A stretch of DNA of 64,000 nucleotides from an uncultured Gemmatimonadaceae bacterium (GTDB lineage: Bacteria; Gemmatimonadota; Gemmatimonadetes; Gemmatimonadales; Gemmatimonadaceae). The stretch is from assembly GCA_963829055.1 (NCBI GenBank), contig CAWHHI010000016.1:256001-320000 (forward strand). Direction: 5' to 3'. Position numbers and translations under genes: made by a program. How positions within the stretch are numbered: position 1 is the first letter of the stretch; each line of letters opens with the position of its first letter. A model generated the notes under the pieces. The model did no database searches, had not been told where the DNA came from, and saw only the letters and a program-made list of their open reading frames with translations. This document shows, piece by piece, positions 44,477 through 55,780 of the stretch.

Positions 44477-45835
44477 ATGGACCGAGCCGCAGGAGCGTCG
44501 CTCCTGTTCGTCAATCAGCACTACTTGCCGGATGTCGCCGCCACTGGGCAGTGCCTGGCGGACCTCGCGGAGCATCTCGTGGCCGAGGGTTATCGCGTGG
44601 ATGTGCTCGCGGGGCGCCCGCGCGCAGGGGCAGGGCAGGCCGCTGTACCCGTAGAGGAAGTCATGAACGGCGTCCGCGTGCGCCGCGTCTCGACGACCGC
44701 GTTCGGGCGCCGCACACACATCGGACGGATCGTCGACTACGCGTCGTTCTACGTCGCGGTGTTGGTGAAGCTGCTGTCCGGCCAACGATATGACGGCGTC
44801 GTGTTCCTGACGACGCCGCCGCTCATCTCGCTCGTGGGTCGAATCGCACGCGCAATTCGCGGCCAGCACTACGGCATCTGGTCGATGGATCTGCATCCGG
44901 AAGCGGAGTTGGCGGCCGGCATGCTGCGAGAGCACTCGCTTGCGGCACGGGCGCTCGCGTGGCTCGACGCGCGTGCCTATCGCGGCGCCGACTTCGTCGT
45001 GGACCTCGGCGCGTACATGCGCCAGCGCGTGCTGGACAAAGGAGTGCTGCCCGAGAAATCGCACACCGTCAACATCTGGGGCGGACGCGTGGACGACGTC
45101 GCGGCGCGCGGCGTGAATCCCCTAACGCGGCACCTCGGACTCGACGGCCGGTTCGTCGTGATGTATTCCGGCAACGCGGGGATCGTGCACGATTTCGGCG
45201 CGATCTTCGAGGCGATGCGCGCGCTCCGCGACGACCCACGAATCTATTTCCTGTTCGTCGGTGGAGGCCCACGGCGCGCCGAGGTGGAGACGTTCGCGCA
45301 GCGTGAGGGCATCACGAACTTCTCGTATCACGACTACTTCCCGCGCGAGATGCTGCGACACTCGCTGTCGGTCGCCGACGTCCATCTCATCTCGCTCCGC
45401 CAGCGATTCGTCGGCATCTCGGTGCCGAGCAAGTTGTATGGTGCCATGGCATCCTCGCGGCCGATCCTGTTCGTGGGACCGAAGCAGTGCGAGACGGCTG
45501 ACGCGATCCGTGCTGCCCGCTGTGGGGTCACCGTTGATCCGAGTGAGAATGGAGACCCTGCCGCTGGCGCGCGTGTGGCCGACGTCCTCCGGGCGTGGGC
45601 GGACGTGCCGCTCGTAGGTGAGGAGCTCGGGGCACGAGGGCGCGTGGCGTTCGCCGAGCGATACGACCACCACCTGAGCTGTAGGGCGTTCGAGACCATC
45701 TTGCGCGGCTCGTGGGGTGACCGTGACGATCCACAGCGGGCTGCCCCGGTGAGCCAACCAGTCCGCTCGTCCGTACTGCCTACAACCGCGACTCCCCACG
45801 CCCGAGCGAGCGACCCGCCAACTGCGGCGCGATGA
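44477..45835 (+). CDS. WbuB/WcaI-like GT4 glycosyltransferase
   Basis: FVNQHYLPDVAATG, TTPP, MDLHPE, YSGNAG..HD, VPSKLYGAMAS.RP; ATG at 44477 after GGGAGG. Confidence 0.85.
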   Translation: MDRAAGASLLFVNQHYLPDVAATGQCLADLAEHLVAEGYRVDVLAGRPRAGAGQAAVPVEEVMNGVRVRRVSTTAFGRRTHIGRIVDYASFYVAVLVKLLSGQRYDGVVFLTTPPLISLVGRIARAIRGQHYGIWSMDLHPEAELAAGMLREHSLAARALAWLDARAYRGADFVVDLGAYMRQRVLDKGVLPEKSHTVNIWGGRVDDVAARGVNPLTRHLGLDGRFVVMYSGNAGIVHDFGAIFEAMRALRDDPRIYFLFVGGGPRRAEVETFAQREGITNFSYHDYFPREMLRHSLSVADVHLISLRQRFVGISVPSKLYGAMASSRPILFVGPKQCETADAIRAARCGVTVDPSENGDPAAGARVADVLRAWADVPLVGEELGARGRVAFAERYDHHLSCRAFETILRGSWGDRDDPQRAAPVSQPVRSSVLPTTATPHARASDPPTAAR

Positions 45836-45955
45836 CGGCGCCATCGCCCTCGTCGCGAACTTGTGTGGCTATCGAGGCGAACTCACATTTACCGCGTCGC
45901 TACTCGACGGCCGTCCGCAGGACGCGATGGGATCGAGTCCCCCATTATCTCACTA

Positions 45956-47029
<1,074 letters not shown>

Positions 47030-47743
47030 GCGGCGACGTACAGCGACTCGCGGCGACGCCACTCGTCGCCCTGGTCGATGAAGCGTGCAGGATCATACCC
47101 TGTTTCCTCGACGTGCTCGAAGCCGACGGCTTCGAGCCGTCGCTGCATCAGGGCCAGGTCCCACGCGAACTGGTGGTCCCCGCCCATGCGGAACGCCTGG
47201 TTCACGATCTCGATGTCCGTGTCGAACGGCACCGCGGCGCCGCCGAGCTGCCGCATGGCATTGAAGAATGCGGAGTCGTGACGCACGTACGCGCTGATGT
47301 AACGCGCGGCGTCAGGCACGATGATGCGGAGCTCACCGCCGGCCTCGAGGACGCGGAAGCACTCCGCGAGCACCGGCATGACTTCGTCTGGAAATCGCAG
47401 GTGCTCGAAGAAGTGCTCGCAGTGGATGCGTCGCGCACTGGCGTCGTCGAGCGGCAAGCCCCAGCGCACATCCCAGCGGATGCCGCCGGGCGGGCTCACC
47501 ATGAGGTCGATGGGCGTCCAGCCGTCGCACTGGTGGAATCCGGCGCCGAGGTTGAGCGAGAGTCCGCGGGCGTGCCGAAGCTGGCGAACGGCGCGCTGAT
47601 TCGCTGGCGTTAGGCAGCGGAGCCGAGCGGCCTGCACGGCGGCTTCACTCTTGAGCGCCTCCACGAACTGGGTCGAGAACAGCCCCGTCGCGACGCGGTG
47701 TTTCCAGCCCATGGCTAGACAGCCTCCATCGTCGGAGGAGCAG

Positions 47744-47880
47744 GTCATTCCGAGCGGCGTTGTCATTCCGAGCGAACGAAGTGAGTCGAGGAATCCTCGG
47801 ACTGCCTGGTAGAGGGCTCTCTACCGGGACACCAAGGATTCCGTCGACTGCGCGCCTCCGGCGCTCCGCTCGGAATGACA
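47744..47880. repeat. REP/MITE-like palindromic element, copy 2, with duplicated left end
   Basis: TGTCATTCCGAGCG(47761)...CGCTCGGAATGACA(47880), 14-bp perfect inverted repeat; inner AGTCGA-GGAATCC/GGATTCC-G-TCGACT; extra GTCATTCCGAGCG at 47744. Confidence 0.88.
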
Positions 47881-47884
47881 CGAC

Positions 47885-48535
47885 TCACGGAGCCACCCAG
47901 ATCGCCGTGTCGGCGACGCCGTTCTCCGTCCACTGCCGCTGCCACCCCGCGACGGCGTCCTGGAACTCCACCCACGTCGGCGACAGCGGCTCGTCTGCCG
48001 CGCCGCGCGAGCTCGGCGCGCGACTCGATGACGGCAGAAACCAGTTCACGTTGTCCACGATGAGCAGCGCCCCGGGACGGAGCTTCGGAATGACCGCGAG
48101 CGCGCACGCGCTCCGATACATACCGTCCACGAGTGCGAAATCGACCGATCGGGGCCCGAACACGTCAACCGCCCGCACGTATTCGGACGCGAACATCGCC
48201 GCGATCCACTCCGGCGTCTCGACGCGCTCCGGCTCCACCGGCAGCAGGCGGTAGTCGACGTTGATGATGCCGACGTCCTCGAGCTGGTCCGAGACGATGG
48301 CGTGCCACCCTGCGTCGTGCTCGACACTCACGAGACGCCCCACTCGCTGCGCAAACCAGCGCGTGCTGCGCCCAGATCCCCACTCGATGCCAACGTGGTC
48401 AGGACGCAGCCACGCGTCCAGCACCTTGGTCGCCTCGGCAGTAAGCCAGGGCGCATTGGGGTGCATGCGTTGGTGCATGGCCAGGCGGACGCGATCGGCC
48501 ACGTAGCGTGGCCGAAGCAGCTGGGACGGGCGCAT
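47885..48535 (-). CDS. Putative class I SAM-dependent methyltransferase
   Basis: PWL...A...L, IEWGSGRST.WF, VSVEHD..W, DFALVDG..R, L.PG.L..VDN. Confidence 0.82.
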   Translation of the reverse strand: MRPSQLLRPRYVADRVRLAMHQRMHPNAPWLTAEATKVLDAWLRPDHVGIEWGSGRSTRWFAQRVGRLVSVEHDAGWHAIVSDQLEDVGIINVDYRLLPVEPERVETPEWIAAMFASEYVRAVDVFGPRSVDFALVDGMYRSACALAVIPKLRPGALLIVDNVNWFLPSSSRAPSSRGAADEPLSPTWVEFQDAVAGWQRQWTENGVADTAIWVAP

Positions 48536-48589
48536 TGCCCAAACTAACATCCAAGTTCCGTGCCCGCGGCCCCGACAGTAGGCCACCCC

Positions 48590-48623
48590 AAACGCGAACG
48601 GCCACCTCGGTTGGAGGCGGCCG
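48590..48623 (-). terminator. Probable intrinsic terminator after tRNA-Val
   Basis: Minus strand CGGCCGCCTC-CAACC-GAGGTGGCCG (10-bp stem, one G:U) followed by TTCGCGTTT. Confidence 0.55.
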
Positions 48624-48646
48624 CCGGTTTTGCAATGGATTTGGAG

Positions 48647-48720
48647 TGGTCGCGCAGGGACTCGAACCCCGGACCTCTGGTATGTGAGACCAGCGCTCTA
48701 ACCAGCTGAGCTACGCGACC
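48647..48720 (-). tRNA. tRNA-Val(CAC), CCA not encoded
   Basis: GGTCGCGTAGCTCAGCTGGTTAGAGCG CTGGT CT-CAC-AT ACCAG AGGTCCGGGGTTCGAGTCCCTGCGCGACC A. Confidence 0.96.
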
Positions 48721-49396
48721 TGAAACGCCACCGGAACGACCTGACGCAACGCTCCGAGCGAGCGCGGAAGTCTAATGGAGGGTTGAGGCTCAAGCCACCC
48801 CCGTCCGCTGGTCGACCCGGCGTCTGCTCAGCCGCGCCAGGTTCAAGAGACACACCGCGACCGTGCACGGGTGGACGGCGGCTGCGCGCCTCCGACCAGT
48901 GCGCCTGGCACCGCCGGTGCGCCGTTGACCTCGCAGCGCGGACGCTGCGACCGCTGGTCATCCGCCGAGAGGGTCGACCCTTCGCAACGACGGCGCGCCT
49001 CATATTTGCGACACGGCGACCACTCGTTAGGTAGGCGATCGTGTCTGCGGCGGTGACTCGCGTTTTTCGAACGACAACCGCGCACCGGCGAGCGTGCCGA
49101 AGGCAAGGCCGGTGAGCCTGAGCATCGGGGTCGTGACACGGGAATGGCTTCAACCTGTAGCCGCGCTCGGCTGCGCCGTCCTCCAGAAGCCGTGCGACAT
49201 CGTTGATCTCACGCGCGTCGCCGTAGCGTGCGAGGCGTCGGCGGACCCGAGCGCGTCGTAAGGAGTCCCCGCGGTCTATCGGACGAGCGGTCAGCGCTGC
49301 ATGTTTGTTGGGGTCCCTAGGTTTACCGATACGCTCGGCATGCACCGACTCTGGTGCAGCCCACGGACAGGCCGGCCAACCGCTACCGGTGGCCCT

Positions 49397-49714
49397 ATGT
49401 CCAATGCCAATGCGTCCGATCTGAACCGCGCTCCATCCCCCGATCCAGGCGATCGCCTCCACGCCGTCGCGGAAGCGGTCACGCACGACCCGCAGTTCGT
49501 GGACCTCCAAGCGCGCGCGGACGTTCGCGCTGCCGATGTCGAGGACCTCGTCGCGGAAGTCGCTGCGCGGTTGCGGGCCGTCTGTGCCCATCTCGACGAC
49601 GACCATTTCGCCGCGCTGGTGCTCGACATCGCGCGCACGAAGGTGCGGTTCGCCAGCAGGGATCTCAGCATGGGATTGCCGGTGTTCGGCCGCAACCCGT
49701 CAGGGCGCAGTTAG
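49397..49714 (+). CDS. Small hypothetical helical protein
   Basis: 105-aa ORF with typical codon pattern (LVAEVAARLRAVCAHLDDDHFAALVLDIARTKVRF). Confidence 0.6.
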   Translation: MSNANASDLNRAPSPDPGDRLHAVAEAVTHDPQFVDLQARADVRAADVEDLVAEVAARLRAVCAHLDDDHFAALVLDIARTKVRFASRDLSMGLPVFGRNPSGRS

Positions 49715-49745
49715 TCCGCGACGGGCGATGACAGTCTCAGCCGCG

Positions 49746-49761
49746 TGGCATTGGCTCTGCT
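49746..49761 (+). promoter_or_regulatory. Putative sigma54 promoter
   Basis: TGGCATTGGCTCTGCT (GG-N10-GC); the ATG at 49773 falls at about the predicted +1. Confidence 0.45.
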
Positions 49762-49772
49762 CAACGGTCTTC

Positions 49773-50126
49773 ATGCCAACCGATTCACGAACGCCTTTCG
49801 CGACCCCCGACGGCGAGCACCCCAGTGCTCTAGCACGCGAACTCGTGAGTGAGGCAGCTGCGGACTACGGGCGCGTGCGGAAGGCGACGATAGCGGGTGT
49901 CGCCCCTGTGGGCAGCGGCGCGGCGGCGGCGTCGGCCCACGACACGCTGCGCGCCGCGGTGGTCGCCTACGCGAAGGCCCTTTGCTCCACCGGCGTGCCG
50001 GCCGAGCGCGCGGTCGTCGGGGTCACGTCGGCGGTCGAGGCGGCGCTGGCGCTCGACGAGCTGGAGCGCCGCGCCTGCGTGGGGAGTGCCGTTCGGTGGG
50101 CGATCACGGCGTACAACGACGCCTGA
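49773..50126 (+). CDS. Small hypothetical helical protein
   Basis: 117-aa ORF (LRAAVVAYAKALCSTGVPAERAVVGV...VRWAITAY). Confidence 0.6.
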   Translation: MPTDSRTPFATPDGEHPSALARELVSEAAADYGRVRKATIAGVAPVGSGAAAASAHDTLRAAVVAYAKALCSTGVPAERAVVGVTSAVEAALALDELERRACVGSAVRWAITAYNDA

Positions 50127-50529
50127 CGCGAACGTGAGGGGATGCGACTGCGGGCCGTCGACGCGGGGGTGTGGTACTGGTGCGCGCCCTTGTCGGGAAT
50201 CGCCCACCACCCGCGGCGCCGGCTACCAACGCAGCGCGCCCGCGTGGGGTTCGGCGGTCGGAGTTCACGGTTCCGGGCCGCGCCACCGTACACACGGTGT
50301 ACGAGGGGAGACGCCTCGCGCGCCGTGCTAAAAAGCACGAGCCGTTCCACGCCGAATTGATAGGGATGCCAAACGTTCGGTGCGCGGATTCGACCGCAAC
50401 GCGATGTTACCGCGAACGACACGCCGCCGCCGTGCGACAGCCGTTGCGCGACAGCTACAAACTTGGGGGCAACGCATAGGCTTTCGAGGGCGCGCCGACT
50501 AAGAAGGACGGTTACAACGCGTTAGGGAA

Positions 50530-50603
50530 TGGGCCCTGCAGGGCTCGAACCTGCGACCGTTGGATTATGAGTCCACTGCTCTAACCGACTGAGCTAAGGG
50601 CCC
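50530..50603 (-). tRNA. tRNA with CAT anticodon, probably tRNA-Ile2 (lysidine type); CCA not encoded
   Basis: GGGCCCTTAGCTCAGTCGGTTAGAGCA GTGGA CT-CAT-AA TCCAA CGGTCGCAGGTTCGAGCCCTGCAGGGCCC A; paired G1:C72 and no triple G:C anticodon stem argue against fMet; overall sequence resembles ileX-type tRNAs. Confidence 0.9.
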
Positions 50604-50711
50604 GACGTCGGCAAGTTACTCCAAGCGCGAGAAGCAGCAAGCGAGCGCCGTAGCGTCAGGGTTCTCCGCACGCGTTCGCCCGCCTGACGGCCTCCTTCCG
50701 AGGGCCTCGCG

Positions 50712-51725
50712 TCACGCGCAGTGCAGCTCGTACGCCTCGACGATCTCCTCGGGCGTCACCGTCGCCGCGCCAAGCTTCCCGACCTCGACGCCCGCCGCGA
50801 AGTTCGCCACGACCGCCGCCTCGTACGCCGTCGCGCCCGCCGCGAGTGACGTCGCCAGATATGCCGTCACCGTGTCACCCGCGCCGACCACGTCATACAC
50901 ATCGCGCGCCGTCGTCGGAATCCGCCGCACGTGCCCGTCCGCCGCGATGAGCGCCATGCCGCGTTCGCCGAGCGTGAGCAACAGATGCTCGACGCCGAGT
51001 CGCTCGAACGTGGCCGGCAGGGCCTCGGGATGCTCGAGATCCACCGCCGCACCCATCGCCGCCTCGAGCTCTCGGCGGTTCGGCTTGAACACGGTCGCCC
51101 CGCGATACGAGAAGAAGTTCCGGTACTTCGGGTCGACGACGATCGGGATCTTCCGCCTGCGTGCGATAGCAATCGCCCCCTCGATCACACGGGGAACGAG
51201 CACGCCCTTGTTGTAGTCCTCGAGCACCAGCGCGTCCGCCACTTCGACCGCGGCAGCCACCGCCTCCAACATGCGGTCGGCATCGTGGGGCGCGAGGTCG
51301 GCGTCGTCCTCTTCGTCGAAGCGCACGACCTGCTGCGCTCGCGCGAGCACGCGCGTCTTTCGCGTCGTCGGTCGCGGAACCTCCACGAGCGCGCTCGCGT
51401 CGCGTTGCACGTCGCGCAGCATCCGCCGCAGTGTGCGTCCCGGCTCGTCATCCCCGACGGCGGCAACCAATGCGCACGACGCGCCTGCCGCCGCGACGTT
51501 CTGCGCGACGTTGGCCGCGCCGCCGAGTGCGTGTTTCGTCTCACGAACACGGACCACAGGGACGGGAGCTTCGGGCGAGATGCGATCGACGTCGCCGCGC
51601 AGATACACGTCGAGCATTGCGTCGCCCACAACCGCGACACGACGACCGCGCGCCGCGTCGAGCAGGGCATCGAGACGATCGCGCGCGATGAGCGGCGCGC
51701 GGGACGAAGACACGGCGTTCGGCAT
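50712..51725 (-). CDS. rfaE1: D-glycero-manno-heptose-7-phosphate kinase (RfaE domain I)
   Basis: VVGDAMLDVY..G.V.RISPEAPVPVV, GGAANVA.N, DYNKG, VDPK, KPNRRE, DVVGAGDTV, GKLGAA. Confidence 0.93.
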   Translation of the reverse strand: MPNAVSSSRAPLIARDRLDALLDAARGRRVAVVGDAMLDVYLRGDVDRISPEAPVPVVRVRETKHALGGAANVAQNVAAAGASCALVAAVGDDEPGRTLRRMLRDVQRDASALVEVPRPTTRKTRVLARAQQVVRFDEEDDADLAPHDADRMLEAVAAAVEVADALVLEDYNKGVLVPRVIEGAIAIARRRKIPIVVDPKYRNFFSYRGATVFKPNRRELEAAMGAAVDLEHPEALPATFERLGVEHLLLTLGERGMALIAADGHVRRIPTTARDVYDVVGAGDTVTAYLATSLAAGATAYEAAVVANFAAGVEVGKLGAATVTPEEIVEAYELHCA

Positions 51726-51778
51726 GCGCGGCAAGCTAGGCGACCGAACGCTGCACGGTCAACAGCCCCATCCGCAGG

Positions 51779-51794
51779 CGGCACGAGCCTTGCC
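51779..51794 (+). promoter_or_regulatory. Putative sigma54 promoter of mlaEFD
   Basis: CGGCACGAGCCTTGCC matches GGCACG-N4-TTGC in the divergent rfaE1/mlaE gap. Confidence 0.6.
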
Positions 51795-51848
51795 TTCCTG
51801 CTCGCAAACACGCGGCGCGGCCTGACGCCCGTCCACGCACTCAACTTC

Positions 51849-52664
51849 TTGCCTCCGATACTCGACCGGCTCAACGACGCTGCGAAACGGAAAGTCCTAG
51901 CGCTGCAGGATTACTTCATCCTGGCGTGGAATGCTTTGCGTTTCATTTTCGCCCGCCCGTTCTACGGCGGCGATCTGGTGCAGCAGATGGACGCGATCGG
52001 AGTGCAATCGCTCGGAATCGTCCTTCTCACCGGCTTCTTCACCGGGATGGTGCTCGCTCTGCAGTCGGCGGTGCAGCTTCAGACGTTCGGCGCTTCGATG
52101 TACATGGGACGCCTCGTCTCGGCGTCGATGATCCGCGAGCTCGGGCCCGTGCTGGCTGGCCTCATGGTGGCCGGTCGCGTCGGCTCCGGTATCGCCGCGC
52201 AACTCGGCTCCATGAAAGTCACCGAGCAGATCGACGCCCTCAACACCCTCGGCACCGATCCGATCAAGAAGCTCGTCGTTCCGCGCGTCCTGGCGGCGCT
52301 GATCATGTTGCCGGTTCTCACGATCATCAACGACTGCGTCGGTATCGTCGGCGGCAATCTCATCGCGCAGTTCTATCTCGATGTGCCGACGAGTCTCTAC
52401 TGGCGCACGGTGTGGGAGCAGGTCGCGTCAGACGGCTTCGTACTCCGCTTCATCCCTAACGACTTCGTGCAGGGGCTCACGAAGCCGTTCGTCTTTGGGG
52501 GCATCATTTCCATCACGGCCTGCTATTTCGGTCTCAACACGACGGGCGGCACTGAAGGCGTCGGCATCAGCACGACGCGCACGGTGGTCACCTCCAGCAT
52601 TCTGATTCTCGTCCTCGACTATTTCCTGACCCAGATCCTGTTGTCCGTGCTGGTGGCGCCGTGA
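51849..52664 (+). CDS. mlaE: MlaE-family ABC permease (start approximate, TTG)
   Basis: IGVQSL.IV, GMVLALQ, RELGPVL..LMVAGRVGS.IAAQLGSMKVTEQIDAL, GGTEGVG.STT.TVV. Confidence 0.92.
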   Translation: MPPILDRLNDAAKRKVLALQDYFILAWNALRFIFARPFYGGDLVQQMDAIGVQSLGIVLLTGFFTGMVLALQSAVQLQTFGASMYMGRLVSASMIRELGPVLAGLMVAGRVGSGIAAQLGSMKVTEQIDALNTLGTDPIKKLVVPRVLAALIMLPVLTIINDCVGIVGGNLIAQFYLDVPTSLYWRTVWEQVASDGFVLRFIPNDFVQGLTKPFVFGGIISITACYFGLNTTGGTEGVGISTTRTVVTSSILILVLDYFLTQILLSVLVAP

Positions 52665-53626
52665 TCGATAACGAGCCCGGCGCACCGTCAGGCCCTGCTG
52701 CGCCGCCGGAAGCTCCGGATCCGTCTCGTCCGCTGGACGCTGGCGAGATCGCGGACGCGCACGAGCGCCGCGCGGACGATGTCATTCGACGGAAGCAGGA
52801 AGAGCGTGTGCGGACCGCCATTCAGTCCGAGCTGTCGGAGGATGACGCTGACGCTGCACCACGCCCCCGCGCTGAAGACCCCGGTCCGCTCGAAGACGCG
52901 GTCATCGAGCTCGAGCGCGTGTATCTCTCGTTCGACCGGCCGATTCTCGAGGACGTGTCGTTCGCGGCGTTTCCGGGTGAGACCGTCGTCATCGTCGGTG
53001 AGTCCGGGACGGGAAAATCGACGACGCTCAAGCTCATTCTGCGCCTGTTGCAGCCTGACAGCGGCCGCGTGTACGTGAGCGGGAACGATATCGCCGGGCT
53101 CTCGTTTACCGAGGCGCTCGCGGTCCGTCAGAAGATGGGCATGGTGTTTCAGAGCGCCGCCTTGTTCGACTCCATGACGGTGTTCGAAAACGTCGCTTAC
53201 CCCCTCCGCGAGCATACCGACCTGGACGACGACGAGATCGAGGCACGCGTTCGCCAGAAACTCGAGTTCGTCGACCTCACGCCTGACGAGGTCATGGACC
53301 GCCTGCCCGCCGAGTTGTCCGGTGGCATGAAGAAGCGCGTGGGCATCGCGCGCGGCATGGCCAACAACGCCGAGATCATGCTGTACGACGAGCCGACGTC
53401 CGGGCTCGATCCACTAACGACCGCTACCATCACGCGACTGATCATGAAGCTCCAGCGGGAGCTGAACGTGACCAGTATCGTCGTGTCGCACGACATCCGG
53501 TCGGCCTTTCGCATGGGGACCCACATTGCCCTCCTGGCCGATCGCTCGATCCGATTCTTCGGTACGCCGGAAGAGATGGCTGCGTCCGACGACCGGTACA
53601 TCCGCGATTTCCTCGGAGGCTTTTGA
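52661..53626 (+). CDS. mlaF: MlaF-family ABC ATPase
   Basis: GESGTGKS, VFQSAALFDSMTV.ENV, ELSGGMKKRV, YDEPTSGLDP, VSHD. Confidence 0.92.
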   Translation: MIDNEPGAPSGPAAPPEAPDPSRPLDAGEIADAHERRADDVIRRKQEERVRTAIQSELSEDDADAAPRPRAEDPGPLEDAVIELERVYLSFDRPILEDVSFAAFPGETVVIVGESGTGKSTTLKLILRLLQPDSGRVYVSGNDIAGLSFTEALAVRQKMGMVFQSAALFDSMTVFENVAYPLREHTDLDDDEIEARVRQKLEFVDLTPDEVMDRLPAELSGGMKKRVGIARGMANNAEIMLYDEPTSGLDPLTTATITRLIMKLQRELNVTSIVVSHDIRSAFRMGTHIALLADRSIRFFGTPEEMAASDDRYIRDFLGGF

Positions 53627-53629
53627 GCC

Positions 53630-54607
53630 ATGAAGCGCGCCACGTCCATTACCTGGGAACAACTCAAGGTTGGCGCGATGATCATCGTCGCCATCGGAGT
53701 TCTCACACTCGCCATGTTCAAACTCGGCGAAGCGGCGAACCTGTTCGCCAAGCATTATCAACTCGTGGCGCTGTTGCCGAGCGTGAACGGCCTGCGCGTG
53801 GGAGGCTCCGTCACCGTTGCCGGGCAGCTTGCCGGTACCGTGTCGGCGATCGAATTCCTGCCACCTGACGCGGATACGACCCGGAACCTGCGCGTGACGG
53901 TCGAGATCGATCAGTCGCTGCAGCAGCAGGTACGCGAAGACTCGCGCGCGAGGATCCGCACGTTAGGCCTGCTCGGCGACAAGATCGTGGACATCTCGCC
54001 CGGCACGCCGCGTTATGCCGTGCTGCCGCAGAACGACACGCTGCAGGTGGAGACAGCGCTCGACTACGAGGCCGTTCTCGTGCAGGCGAGCGGCGCGGTC
54101 TCCGACATGGTGCAGCTCACGCGCGACCTGCGCGGCATCACGGGCGGCCTCGCGCGCGGCGAGGGTACGGTGGGCCAGCTGCTCACGAACCGCTCGCTGT
54201 ACGATGAGTTGAACGGGACGCTCGCTCGCACGAATACGCTCCTCACGCGCCTCCAGGCGCCTAACGGGAGCTTCGCGAAATTGCTCGACGATCCCGCGAT
54301 GTATCAGAACCTGACCGGTATGATCGGCTCGGTCGACTCACTCGTCCGCCAGATGCGATCGGAGAACGGCACGGTCGGCAAACTGCTCGCCAACGATTCG
54401 TTGTACACGCATCTCGTCGGCATCACGTCGGGGGCGGATTCGCTGCTCAAGCAATTGTCGCACGGCAATGGTCTCGCTTCGAAGATGCTCAACGATCAGC
54501 AGCTCTACGAGCAGCTCACGAAGACGATCACGGACCTGAACGCGATCCTCGCCGACGTGCGGAAGAACCCGAAGAAGTACACGAAGGGTATGATCACCGT
54601 TTTCTAG
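53630..54607 (+). CDS. mlaD: MlaD/MCE-domain protein
   Basis: N-terminal TM helix, GLRVGGSVTVAG..AG.V, TLGLLGDK.VDI.PG, repeated GTVG.LL.D..LY helical tail. Confidence 0.9.
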   Translation: MKRATSITWEQLKVGAMIIVAIGVLTLAMFKLGEAANLFAKHYQLVALLPSVNGLRVGGSVTVAGQLAGTVSAIEFLPPDADTTRNLRVTVEIDQSLQQQVREDSRARIRTLGLLGDKIVDISPGTPRYAVLPQNDTLQVETALDYEAVLVQASGAVSDMVQLTRDLRGITGGLARGEGTVGQLLTNRSLYDELNGTLARTNTLLTRLQAPNGSFAKLLDDPAMYQNLTGMIGSVDSLVRQMRSENGTVGKLLANDSLYTHLVGITSGADSLLKQLSHGNGLASKMLNDQQLYEQLTKTITDLNAILADVRKNPKKYTKGMITVF

Positions 54608-54673
54608 CGCGTGGCCAGAGCGGCTGTCTGCTGAGGAGTCGGGGCCGGCACGCAGTTCGTCAGACCGGTTAAC

Positions 54674-55723
54674 TTGGAGGCGCCGCGGACGCTCGCGGCG
54701 CCTCCTTCGTTTCCGCTGACACCACCTCGATTGCGCCAATTTGATCTCGACATCGTGGTCACGCGTGGCAGCGGCATCGAGTCGCGGCACCGCGTGCACG
54801 CGGCCGTCGTCGATGCGGATGGGAAGGCGGTCGGCGGAGCGCGCGAGCCCTCCACCGTCACCATGTGGCGCTCCTGCGCCAAGCCGTTCCAGGTCATGCC
54901 GCTCCTGTCATCCGGCGGCTTCGACGAAGTCGGGTGGGGCGATGACGAGCTGGCGCTGGCGTGCGCGTCTCATGGCGGCGAGCCGGAACACGTGGCGATC
55001 GCCGAGTCGATGCTGCGGGACCTGGGGCTCGAAGAAGGCGACCTGGTCTGCGGACCGCATGAGCCCCTCTCGCCGCGCGGCGCTCGAGTTATCCGCGACT
55101 CGGGCGAGCGCCCCACGCGGCTGCACAACAACTGCTCCGGAAAACACGCCGCGATGCTCGCGCGCGCGCACTTCGCGGGCTGGACGCTCGAAGGCTACGA
55201 ACGCGATGGCCATCCGGTGCAGGCCGCCGCACTCGAAGAGGTATCGCGCTGGACCGGCGTGCCCGAGCCCAACATCCTTCGCGCCATCGACGGCTGCGGC
55301 GTCGTCGTGTTCGGGCTCTCGCTCGACGCCATGGCGCGCGCCTACGGACGCTTCGCTGGCGCTGCCGCCCGGGGCGACGAGATCCCTGCGCGGATCGCGA
55401 GGGCGATCGCGACACGACCGTTCGTGTTCGGCGGTACGGATCGGTTCGATTCGCTCGTCGTCGAAGAGACAGCGGGCCGTGTCATTTCGAAGGTCGGTGC
55501 CGAGGGGGTGCACAGCGTCGCCGTCCTCGAACAGGGGGTCGGATTCGCACTGAAAGTCGAGGACGGCGCAACGCGGGCGCAGTATCCCGCCGTCCTGCAC
55601 ATGCTCCAGCTCCTCGGTGCGCTTCCCGAACGCTTGTCGCCACGTCTCGCCGAATATGCGCGCACACGCATCCGCAACACGCGCGGAGAAGTGGTGGGCG
55701 AACTACTCCCTGCGGGCGCCTGA
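54674..55723 (+). CDS. L-asparaginase II (rhizobial AnsA type); start may be 54731
   Basis: RG..IESRH, RSCAKPFQ, CASHGGE..H, NNCSGKH, IDGCG, SKVGAEG, KVEDG. Confidence 0.9.
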   Translation: MEAPRTLAAPPSFPLTPPRLRQFDLDIVVTRGSGIESRHRVHAAVVDADGKAVGGAREPSTVTMWRSCAKPFQVMPLLSSGGFDEVGWGDDELALACASHGGEPEHVAIAESMLRDLGLEEGDLVCGPHEPLSPRGARVIRDSGERPTRLHNNCSGKHAAMLARAHFAGWTLEGYERDGHPVQAAALEEVSRWTGVPEPNILRAIDGCGVVVFGLSLDAMARAYGRFAGAAARGDEIPARIARAIATRPFVFGGTDRFDSLVVEETAGRVISKVGAEGVHSVAVLEQGVGFALKVEDGATRAQYPAVLHMLQLLGALPERLSPRLAEYARTRIRNTRGEVVGELLPAGA

Positions 55724-55780
55724 CGCGTGCCGTGTCCGCGTTCGACCGCCGCGCAGCTCCCGCTGCGATAGTTCGCCCCC

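Noticed and set aside
48698..49606. 302-aa minus-strand ORF in the inter-tRNA region
   Set aside because: Arg-rich, runs into tRNA-Val and overlaps a better plus-strand ORF.
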